Source: Macrostomum hystrix (lineage: Eukaryota > Animalia > Platyhelminthes). From it: a DNA stretch of 64,000 nt. Position 1 is the first letter of the stretch. Every line of letters starts with the position of its first letter. Under the pieces are notes generated by a model. It made no database searches, had not been told where the DNA came from, and was given only the letters and a program-made list of their open reading frames with translations. Below are positions 1-11,089 of this stretch, piece by piece. The stretch is taken from assembly GCA_950097015.1 (NCBI GenBank), contig CATNEN010000039.1, positions 13,950,001 to 14,014,000 of the forward strand, given 5' to 3'. A program made the position numbers and the translations under genes.

Positions 1-70
1 GGGATTATGGGACAGGGATTATGGGACTGGGATTATGGGACTGGGATTATGGGACTGGGATTATGGGACT
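1..70. repeat. 14-bp minisatellite GGGATTATGGGACT (runs off the window)
   Basis: Visible tandem units. Confidence 0.9.
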
Positions 71-360
71 AGAAAATACGTGATTCAGAACCGGTTTGAC
101 TGTGAGTAGCCTATCAATCTTGAGCCTAAGCAGCTGAACATGAACTCAAGCAGACGGTCTAGCCTCTGACAGCTTTGTCCCTGATACCGGCTAGTTGCTT
201 CTGCAGTTAGGAAAATGTGTCCTTTGCAGTTCCACAGAAGCATAACATGATATTGCTAGATAAAATAGATAGCGAAAATAAAATCTTGACTAGCAAATTG
301 TGTGCACTGTGGGTGGCCTGGATAAGGCCCGCGTGGCAACTGTTGCTAGGATCTGAGACA

Positions 361-475
361 CTGAGGCAGTGTACGCTCTCACTGTGCCTATAAGGTGGCT
401 GGCCCTCAAGGTCGTGAAATGCAGGGCAAGCAGCCAAAGCCTCACCTACGCGGAACGAACTCGGGGACCTTGGTA
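361..475 (-). mobile_element. tRNA-derived SINE, degraded copy
   Basis: GAGGCAGTGTACGCTCTCACTGTGCC...GAACTCGGGGACCTTGG similar to the copies at 39.0 and 55.8 kb. Confidence 0.6.
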
Positions 476-749
476 TCCAGGGGTTTCCAATGAAAACTAA
501 TCATAGATATAAACTAAATAAAAAAGAATTCAATCAGAAATTTTACGACTCAATGGCTGGAGTCAACCAATACCGTGATTTGTCTACAGTACTACAGTAC
601 CGATCTGGCTGGCAATAGCAAGCCTAGCGTAGCCTGTCTCCCTGATACGCCATGCCGCTTCATTGACCCGCTCTGAAATTTCTATATGCTTTTCGTTTGC
701 TTAAACACAAACCTGCGGTGCCTGAGCTTGAGTACTATCATGGGAGAAG

Positions 750-1611
750 GAATGGATTGCTAGTCTAGCCTCTCAGTGGATGAAGGAAGATAATGGATTG
801 CTAGTCTAGCCTCTCAGAGGATGAAGGAAGATAATGGATTGCTAGTCTAGCCTCTCAGTGGATGAAGGAATGGAATGGATTGCTAGTCTAGCCTCTCAGT
901 GGATGAATGAATAGAATGGATTGCTAGTCTAGCCTCTCAGTGGATGAAGGAATAGAATGGATTGCTAGTCTAGCCTCTCAGAGGATGAAGGAAGATAATG
1001 GATTGCTAGTCTAGCCTCTCAGTGGATGAAGGAATAGAATGGATTGCAAGTCTAGCCTCTCAGTGGATGAATGAATAGAATGGATTGCTAGTCTAGCCTC
1101 TCAGTGGATGAAGGAATAGAATGGATTGCTAGTCTAGCCTCTCAGAGGATGAAGGAAGATAATGGATTGCTAGTCTAGCCTCTCAGTGGATGAAGGAAGA
1201 TAATGGATTGCTAGTCTAGCCTCTCAGTGGATGAAGGAATGGAATGGATTGCTAGTCTAGCCTCTCAGTGGATGAAGGAATAGAATGGATTGCTAGTCTA
1301 GCCTCTCAGTGGATGAAGGAATAGAATGGATTGCTAGTCTAGCCACTCAGTGGATGAAGGAATAGAATGGATTGCTAGTCTAGCCTCTCAGTGGATGAAG
1401 GAATAGAATGGATTGCTAGTCTAGCCTCTCAGTGGATGAAGGAATAGAATGGATTGCTAGTCTAGCCTCTCAGTGGATGAAGGAATAGAATGGATTGCTA
1501 GTCTAGCCTCTCAGTGGATGAAGGAATAGAATGGATTGCTAGTCTAGCCTCTCAGTGGATGAAGGAATAGAATGGATTGCTAGTCTAGCCTCTCAGTGGA
1601 TGAAGGAATAG
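750..1611. repeat. 41-bp minisatellite AATGGATTGCTAGTCTAGCCTCTCAGTGGATGAAGGAATAG
   Basis: ~21 tandem units. Confidence 0.95.
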
Positions 1612-1894
1612 ATTTGAGCATATTAATTGAAATTCATGTATCAAAAAAGCTCATTTGTTACCTGAAACATTTTTCACCATATGTTATATTTTAAGCCTTG
1701 CCGAAAGCATGCTTGAAGCTCATTCAAGAAGCCAGCAAAACCAAAACTTTTCTTAATCCATACTTTTTGTCTAGGCGTTTGAAACTTGAGAGAAAGAAAC
1801 TGACAATTATGTCGGAAAAATTAGCAGACTCATAGACAGATCACCGCTGACTTCTTGTACTTTTGTTTTGCAGATGGTTCACAGTTCACAGTCA

Positions 1895-3286
1895 AGATCT
1901 GCAGATAGATCATTTTTAGATCTGCAGATAGATCATTATTAGATCTGCAGATAGATCATTTTTAGATCTGCAGATAGATCATTTTTAGATCTGCAGATAG
2001 ATCATTATTAGATCTGCAAAGAGATCATTTTTAGATCTGCAGATAGATCATTATTAGATCTGCAAAGAGATCATTATTAGATCTGCAGATAGATCATTAT
2101 TAGATCTGCAAAGAGATCATTATTAGATCTGCAGATAGATCATTTTTAGATCTGCAGATAGATCATTTTTAGATCTGCAGATAGATCATTTTTAGATCTG
2201 CAGATAGATCATTTTTAGATCTGCAGATAGATCATTATTAGATCTGCAAAGAGATCATTTTTAGATCTGCAGATAGATCATTATTAGATCTGCAAAGAGA
2301 TCATTATTAGATCTGCAGATAGATCATTATTAGATCTGCAAAGAGATCATTATTAGATCTGCAGATAGATCATTTTTAGATCTGCAGATGGATCATTATA
2401 AGATCTGCAGATAGATCATTATTAGATCTGCAGATAGATCATTATTAGATCTGCAGATAGATCATTATTAGATCTGCAGATAGATCATTATAAGATCTGC
2501 AGATAGATCATTATAAGATCTGCAGATAGATCATTATTAGATCTGCAGATAAATCATTATTAGATCTGCAAAGAGATCATTATTAGATCTGCAGATAGAT
2601 CATTATTAGATCTGCAAAGAGATCATTATTAGATCTGCAGATAGATCATTATTAGATCTGCAAAGAGATCATTATTAGATCTGCAGATAGATCATTTTTA
2701 GATCTGCAGATGGATCATTATAAGATCTGCAGATAGATCATTATTAGATCTGCAGATAGATCATTATTAGATCTGCAGATAGATCATTATTAGATCTGCA
2801 GATAGATCATTATAAGATCTGCAGATAGATCATTATTAGATCTGCAGATAGATCATTATTAGATCTGCAGATAGATCATTATTAGATCTGCAGATAGATC
2901 ATTATTAGATCTGCACATAGATCATTATTAGATCTGCAGATAGATGACCACTAGATCTGCAGATAAACCATTATTAGATCTGCACATAGATCATTATTAG
3001 ATCTGCAGATAGATGACCACTAGATCTGCAGATAAACCATTATTAGATCTGCAGATAGATCATTATTAGATCTGCAGATAGATGACCACTAGATCTGCAG
3101 ATAAACCATTATTATATCTGCAGATAGATCATTATTAGATCTGCAAAGAGATCATTATTAGATCTGCAGATAGATCATTTTTAGATCTGCAGATAGATCA
3201 TTTTTAGATCTGCAGATAGATCATTTTTAGATCTGCAGATAGATCATTTTTAGATCTGCAGATAGATCATTATTATATCTGCAGAT
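1895..3286. repeat. 23-bp minisatellite AGATCTGCAGATAGATCATTATT
   Basis: ~60 units. Confidence 0.95.
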
Positions 3287-3435
3287 TTAATGTACTATTC
3301 AAGGTAAAACTCAGACAATAATTACAATAAAATTGTAACTTGTAAACTACTTTCTAAAAAATAAAGATTAGTTTGTGTTTTATAAAATCCGCTAACAGAC
3401 TAAACTACTCATAGTTGGTCAGTAGTATGTCAGCT

Positions 3436-6400
3436 TCATCCAACATCCAGACGGAACCTGTTGAAGTCTTTCTGGGCCAGCCGCAGCTGCTCTAGCATCT
3501 CTTGCAGCCGGCGCCGACGCGCTGTCTTGTGCTTCGGCTCGCGCAACAAACCAAGAAAAGTCTCGGCCGTTTCTGACTCGGACAGCAGGTCCATGGCTCG
3601 ATTTCCGAGCCGCTTAGCCACCACGTCGAACATATAGTAAAGCGCTGACTGCGGGATCGTATCGCTGAGACGCTCGGTGGCCACTTGCAAGTAGGCGTCA
3701 AGACCTCGTCGAATGCGCTCCGCACTGTCCGGCACTGGCGGCGGACTGTGGGATTTGGGATTTAGGATTTAGGGATATTTTCGTGCATATCTTTTTCTAA
3801 TTTAACAGTAGAACTAGCAAGGGGAATTCCCCACCCAGACAATTTTTGTGCTGCACCCGAAACTCAAGAACACGGTCCAACTTTTATGCACAATAATCAA
3901 ATCGCCAGCTCTTCAGACCGTCGAGATATTCAATGGTTCTGGTTTCACCAGCTCAACCACAGGACACCCTCGCCTAGTCTGTTAACCAATCAGTCACCAC
4001 CCAACGCTGTTAGCATTCGGGCGCTGCCAAAAAAATTTCAGGGGGACAAGACATCTCCTCCTTGGTATAAAAACTGGCGGCAAAATGGCTTGGTATTTCA
4101 ACTGTTAATCAGGCAGGTAGCAGCAGAAATGGAAATTTTCCGACCGTATGTTACACCCTGCGTACGACCCTAAAATCCATCAGAAACTAAATTTGATCCC
4201 CTAATTCCTACAGGATCTTCAATTTGATCCCCTAATTCCTACAGGATCTTCAATTTGATCCCCTAATTCCTACAGGATCTTCAATTTGATCCCCTAACTC
4301 CTACAGGATCTTCAATTTGATCCCCTAATTCCTTCAGCATCTTCAATTTGATCCCCTAATTCCTACAGGATCTTCAATTTGATCCCCTAATTCCTACAGG
4401 ATCTTCAATTTGATCCCCTAATTCCTACAGGATCTTCAATTTGATCCCCTAATTCCTACAGGATCTTCAATTTTATCCCCTAATTCCTACAGGATCTTCA
4501 ATTTGATCCCCTAATTCCTACAGGATCTTCTATTTGATCCCCTAATTCCTACAGGATCTTCTATTTGATCCCCTAATTCCTACAGGATCTTCAATTTTAT
4601 CCCCTAATTCCTACAGGATCTTCAATTTGATCCCCTAATTCCTACAGGATCTTCTATTTGATCCCCTAAGTCCTACAGGATCTTCAATTTGATCCCCTAA
4701 GTCCTACAGGATCTTCTATTTGATCCCCTAAGTCCTACAGGATCTTCAATTTGATCCCCTAAGTCCTACAGGATCTTCTATTTGATCCCCTAATTCCTAC
4801 AGGATCTTCAATTTGATCCCCTAATTCCTTCAGCATCTTCAATTTGATCCCCTAATTCCTACAGAATCATTAACTGTTCCGCAAATTCACCACGTGCACG
4901 AAGTTAGCCGAAAAGATACCCAGAGCCACTGCTTATACATAGGTGGCATACGGTGAATATGAAGGGAAAAGCAGTAGCATAAAACAAAGGATTGTGCACT
5001 AGTCTACTATAAGTAGCTTCATTCGCGTGACAGGAACTTTTGAAATTCGGAAAAAAATATTGTAAAAATAAAGACAATATTCATCCAGACAGATTAAAAA
5101 CATAAATAATATGCAGATTTGCAGAGCACCCTCTAGGACTGTTGATGGCGAGGAAAACAGAAAAGAAGTCAATATCTTGCAAAGCTCACAACAAAGAACC
5201 AAAACAAACAAAAAAATTTCCTTTTGCAATTTTCTTTTCTAGTTTTTAACGATTTAGGGCGATCGAAGACCGGGTTAAATGAACCGGTCAATATTTCAAC
5301 GGGTGACTCGGCCTCAGAACTGCAACAAACGGTCGAATAGGGGGCAGATTCTTCAGGGGGTAGAACCGTGAGATGCATTCATTCTTCAGGGGGTAGAACC
5401 GTGAGATGCATTCATTCTTCAGGGGGTAGAGCCGTGAGATGCATTCATTATTCAGGGGGTAGAACCGTGAGATGCATTCATTCTTCAGGGGTAGAACTGT
5501 GAGATGGATTCTTCATTGGATAGAGCCCTGAGATGCATTCATTCTTCAGGGGGTAGAACCGTGAGATGGATTATTCAGGGGGTAGAACCGTGAGATGGAT
5601 TATTCAGGGGGTAGAACCGTGAGATGGATTATTCAGGGGGTAGAACCGTGAGATGGATTATTCAGGGGGTAGAACCGTGAGATGGATTATTCAGGGGGTA
5701 GAATCGGATTTTTTAGGAAATCAGGGATAGTTTCGACTTCACAGGGTTATAAGAGATTTCTCAGGTGAGAATTGCACAGATCTTGGAATGATAATATGAA
5801 AGCAAATAAATTGACAATAGTAGGCAAAATAAACTCAGGCTACATCAAAAAGCTATTAATCTCGCACTAACTTCTGCTGTCCGTTATTCTTGTACAGGTT
5901 CTCTTCTACTTTGCTGATGCGAAGTTGGAACAGCGTGTCCTGCGAAAACACTCGCGCTTCCTGACGGAACAGCCTCTCGGCCAGGTCTGCCCTGGCCTGT
6001 TCAAGAACCTTACTGATCTCCTCGTGGCTGGCTTCTGTCACAACCTCGAAGATGTCTTCGAAGTCGCCGAATACCTCCTTGGCGATGTCTTCAACAACTT
6101 TCGTCACTTCCTCAGTCACCTGTTGGTTGAGAATCGGTAAGAATTATCCAGTGTCTATCCATAATCCACTGTCTATCCTTAATCCACTGTCTATCCATAA
6201 TCCACTGTCTATCCATAATCCACTGTCTATCCTTAATCCACTGTCTATCCATTATCCACTGTCTATCCATTATCCACTGTCTATCCTTAATCCACTGTCT
6301 AACCTTAATCCATTGTCTAACCTTAATCCACTGTCTATCCTTAATCCACTGTCTATCCATAATCCACTGTCTATCCATAATCCACTGTCTATCCATAATC

Positions 6401-9400
6401 CACTGTCTATCCTTAATCCACTGTCTATCCATAATCCACTGTCTATCCATTATCCACTGTCTATCCTTAATCCACTGTCTAACCTTAATCCATTGTCTAA
6501 CCTTAATCCACTGTCTATCCTTAATCCACTGTCTATCCTTAATCCAGTGTCTAACCTTAATCCACTGTCTAACCTTAATCCACTGTCTAACCTTAATCCA
6601 AAGTCTAACCTTAATCCACTGTCTATCCATAATCCACTACCTATCCTTAATCCACTGTCTATCCATAATCCACCTTCTATCCTTAATCCACTGTCTAACC
6701 TTAATCCATTGTCTATCTATAATCCACTGTCTATCCTTAATCCACTGTCTATCCTTAATCCACTGTCTAACCTTAATCCATTGTTTAACCTTAATCCATT
6801 GTCTATCTATAATCCACTGTCTATCCTTAATCCACTGTCTATCCATTATCCACTGTCTATCCATTATCCACTGTCTAACCTTAATCCATTGTCTATCTAT
6901 AATCCACTGTCTAACCTTAATCCACTGTCTATCCTTAATCCACTGTCTAACCTTAATCCACTGTCTAACCTTAATCCACTGTCTATCCTTAATCCACTGT
7001 CTATCCATAATCCACTACCTATCCTTAATCCACTGTCTATCCATAATCCACCTTCTATCCTTAATCCACTATCTCTCCTTAATCCACTGTCTATCCATAA
7101 TCCACTGTCTATCCTTAATCCACTGTCTATCCTTAATCCACTGTCTATCCATAATCCAGAGCCTATCCTTAATCCACTCACCACTGTCTATCCTTAATCC
7201 ACTGTCTATCCTTAATCCACTGTCTATCCATAATCTACCTTCTATCCTTAATCCACTGTCTATCCATAATCCACCTTCTAACCTTAATCCACTATCTATC
7301 CTTAATCCACTGTCTATCCATAATCCACCTTCTAACCTTAATCCACTATCTATCTTTAATCCACTATCTATCCATAATCCACTGTCTATCCATAATCCAC
7401 TGTCTATCCTTAATCCACTGTCTATCCATAATCCACCTTCTAACCTTAATCCACTACCTATCCTTAATCCACTGTCTTTCCATAATCCACCTTCTAACCT
7501 TAATCAACTGTCTATCCTTAATCCACTATCTATCCTTAATCCACTATCTATCCATAATCCACTGTCTATCCTTAATCCACTGTCTAACCTTAATCCACTG
7601 TCTATCCTTAATCCACTGTCTATCCATAATCCAACTTCTATCCTTAATCCACTATCTATCCTTAATCCACTGTCTATCCATAATCCACCTTCTATCCTTA
7701 ATCCACTGTCTATCCTTAATCCACTGTCTAACCTTAATCCACTGTCTATCCATAATCCACTGTCTAACCTTAATCCACTATCTATCCTTAATCAACTGTC
7801 TATCCTTAATCCACTGTCTATCCATAATCCACTGTCTAACCTTAATCCACTGTCTATCCATAATCCACCGTCTATCCTTAATCCACTGTCTATCCTTAAT
7901 CCACTGTCTATCCATAATCCACCTTCTAACCTTAATCCACTGTCTATCCTTAATCCACTGTCTATCCATAATCCAGAGCCTATCCTTAATTCTAAGGTTG
8001 TCTCCAACAGCGTCTCACCTGCTCTAGAAAATGCTGAGCAGGTTGTTGCAATTTGTTCAGAAACTCGTCTCGGTAGATTCGCTCAATAATGGGGAACACG
8101 TGATCGTAGGAGGACAGTTCGCGGCCGCGCAGGTCCTTAATTAGGCGGGTGACCTGGACAGGAGGCTGCCAGTAGATTGTCATGCATGAGCGTGAGACCC
8201 AGCCTGCATGTGAGTGTTGATGGTGTCTTAAGGATTAACATAACAGCAAAATTAGGGTGTCAGATGATAGTTAAGGGTTGGAGATAAAAATTTGGGTTTC
8301 AGGTGATAATTGAAAGTGTCAGGTAATAACTGAAAGTGTCAGGTAATAACTGAAAGTGTCAGGTAATAACTGAAAGTGTCAGGTAATAACTGAAAGTGTC
8401 AGGTAATAACTGAAAGTGTCAGGTAATAACTGAAAGTGTCAGGTAATAACTGAAAGTGTCAGGTAATAACTGAAAGTGTCAGGTAATAACTGAAAGTGTC
8501 AGGTAATAACTGAAAGTGTCAGGTAATAACTGAAAGTGTCAGGTAATAACTGAAAGTGTCAGGTAATAACTGAAAGTGTCAGGCTAAAAGTGTCAGGTAA
8601 TAACTGAAAGTGTCAGTTGAAAAATGAAAGTGTCAGTTGATAATATAAAGTGTCAGTTTAAAACTGAAAGTGTCAGGTGATAACTGAAAGTGTCAGGTGA
8701 TAACTGAAAGTGTCAGGTAATAACTGAAAGTGTCAGGTGATAACTGAAAGTGTCAGGTTATAATTAAACTGTCACGCAATGGTTGAAAGTGTCAGGTGAT
8801 AAGCGGGAAGGCTTCAAGCGCTCAACCTGAAGTCCCTGAGTCCTTACTGGGCCACGCAGCGCGAATCTGATTCCCTAGAGTGGTCCAGTGGTCGCGGCAC
8901 CTGGCGTACAGGTGAAATCTGCCGTTCATCTCGCCCTGCGTTGCTATGGTAACGTCCTTGCTAAAATTGCTCAACATTTCAAATAGAAAGCGGCGCTTTT
9001 CCTCCTTGGTCTCGGCTAGCGGGGCTCCGAGAGTTTGCAGCTCCTCCTGGCACTGCTTGCGCAACTCCTAAAAGACAAATTAGACAGGAGATAAGTGAGT
9101 TCGCTTTCCTTGAAAGTTTGCTTTCCTAGAAAAATTGCTCTCTTTAAAAGTTATTTTAAACAGCTTTAAAATTTGTTTTAGTTGTCCCTGAAGTTCGTTT
9201 TTAAGAAAGTTTGTCTTTTTTAAAAGTTAGCTTTCCTAGAAAGTTTTTTTTCTTAGAAAACTCGCTTTCCTAGAAAGGTCGCTTTCCTAGAAAATTTGCT
9301 TTCTTTAAAAGTTCCTTTAAACAACATTAAAAGTTATTTTTGTTGTCTATGAAGTTCGTTTTCTTAGAAAGTTCATTTACTTAGAATGTTTGCTTTCCTA

Positions 9401-11056
9401 GAAATTTTGCTTTCCTAGAAATTTTGTTTTCCTAGAAAGTTTGTTTTCCTAGAAAGTTTGTTTTCCTAGAAAGTTTGTTTTCCTAGAAAGTTTGTTTTCC
9501 TAGAAAGTTTGTTTTCCTAGAAAGTTTGTTTTCCTAGAAAGGTTGCTTTTTTAGAAATGCATCGCAGCTCGTGAGTTAATCAACGCCAGCCACGCACCAG
9601 AATGTCGTTCTGCAGCACGGAGATGTTTCGCTTGATGGACAGGAACAGCTCCTCAGTCAGCTTGTCAGCCAGTGTGCGAATTCCAACCGAGTGCTCTGGC
9701 AGCTTGCTGAAGTAGCGATGAGTTTGAAAGAACACTTTCTCGTTGGCCACCGAGGCGGCCAGGGTGACTCCCTCGCGGAGCTCCTCTGGGCTCCGGCATT
9801 TCACCATCACGTAGCCTTTCTTTAGCGGGATCTTTTCGTTGCTGGCAATTTTCATTGTCTCCTGCTCGGCGCCTTTGTTCACCATGTCCGGGCACGTCAG
9901 GACGCCAATCGTTCGCTCGCCCTGGGGATCCACCTCCTTGGCCAGACTGAGTGCCTCAACAGTTTCGATGTCCTGGTGGCAGGGCACGACAACCAGGATT
10001 AGCACCTGCGGCTGGCTGATGTACCGAGCGATCAGCGATTTGGTTAGCTGGGCGATAGAAGCACCGCCGGTGGCTGAGTACCTAGCAATAGATTAAGTAT
10101 GGGGAGCCCAGTGAGCATAGTGAGTACAGTGAGCGTAGTGAGCATAGTGAGCATAGTGAGCACAGTGAGCATAGTGAGCATAGTGAGCACAGTGAGCATA
10201 GTGAGCATCGTGAGCCCAGTGAGCATAGTGAGCACAGTGAGCATAGTGAGCACAGTGAGCATAGTGAGCACAGTGAGTACAGTGAGCATAGTGAGCATAG
10301 TGATCAGACTGAATGACCCGATGAGCAATGATAAAACTGAATGACTTAATGAGCAATAATCAAACTGAATGACCCAATTAGCAATTATAAGACGGAATAA
10401 TCCAATGGGCAATCTCACCTAGCAATGCCGGGCAGGTCGATGAGTGTCAGATCCGGCACATCCGGACCCTTGATGACCACGTCAATCTGTTCATTAGAAA
10501 TCTCATTGTCATTGTGAGTCATTCGAGACTGAGCCTCCCGCACCGCCGCGTCCACCTCTTCGGGCGAATTCAGGTGCTTGTCGACCTTGTTGCCGTTGAT
10601 TTCCTTGTAGCTGATGCGGCCCTGCCAGGGCGCGCTGCTGTCGCTGCACTGCATCGAAAGTTGCAGCGCACAGCGGGTGACCATGCCTGTGCCGCGTGGA
10701 AACTCCACCCCTGAAATTGCCTCAAGAACCGAGGATTTGCCAACGGACTGGTCGCCAACCACCGCCACCATCGGCAGCTTCAGGTCGCTCTGCAGGCCGT
10801 GCGAGCGAAGCTCATCGATTCGATTCAGCACCGGACGAATGCGCTGACGAAAGGCCGACGATAGAGCTGGCATGGTGTCTTCGACTGGCCCGCCATGCTT
10901 GACTTCGTCATCGTCGTTGAGATCGTGAGAGGCATCTCCCGAGCCGTTCATTTCAGCCGTGCTTGAAGCGTTCGGCGATGTGGTAGGCTTTGAACCGAGT
11001 TTGTTCTTGTTCTTCTTCTTGGACTTCGCGTGTCCGATTTGACTGCGGGATCGCAT
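3436..11056 (-). CDS. Mx: Mx-like dynamin-family large GTPase, ~694 aa; exons 11056-10419, 10081-9598, 9067-8848, 8203-8019, 6119-5872, 3745-3436
   Basis: G1 GDQSVGKSS, Mx-type FPRGTGMVTRC, G3 DLPG, G4 position TCPD, middle domain (LRGRELS) and C-terminal GED; no PH/PRD domain. All introns are GT-AG and phases are consistent (2085 nt). The exon 4 acceptor is the least certain. Confidence 0.88.
3806..4104. mobile_element. TIR MITE (family copy 1, both ends present) in Mx intron 5
   Basis: TTAA|CAGTAGAACTAGCAAG ... CTTGGTATTTCAACTG|TTAA. Confidence 0.75.
4189..4865. repeat. 31-bp minisatellite AATTTGATCCCCTAATTCCTACAGGATCTTC (Mx intron 5)
   Basis: Tandem units. Confidence 0.95.
5348..5704. 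repeat. 29/33-bp minisatellite TTCAGGGGGTAGAACCGTGAGATGGATTA (Mx intron 5)
   Basis: Tandem units. Confidence 0.9.
6145..7990. repeat. 18-bp minisatellite AATCCACTGTCTATCCTT (Mx intron 4)
   Basis: ~100 units; source of the spurious NPLSIL ORFs. Confidence 0.95.
8310..8800. repeat. 20-bp minisatellite TGAAAGTGTCAGGTAATAAC (Mx intron 3)
   Basis: Tandem units. Confidence 0.95.
9098..9557. repeat. Degenerate 17-bp minisatellite TTGTTTTCCTAGAAAGT (Mx intron 2)
   Basis: Tandem units. Confidence 0.8.
10110..10303. repeat. 9-bp repeat GTGAGCATA (Mx intron 1)
   Basis: Tandem units. Confidence 0.9.
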
Positions 11057-11089
11057 TCGGAAATACACACTCGCTTCCTTTTAATACTA

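Noticed and set aside
750-1611. 41-bp repeats as a CRISPR array
   Set aside because: Units are directly adjacent with no unique spacers; eukaryotic context and no cas genes
6052-7197. 381-aa NPLSIL/NPLSIH ORF and reverse-strand equivalents
   Set aside because: Translation of an 18-bp intronic minisatellite within Mx
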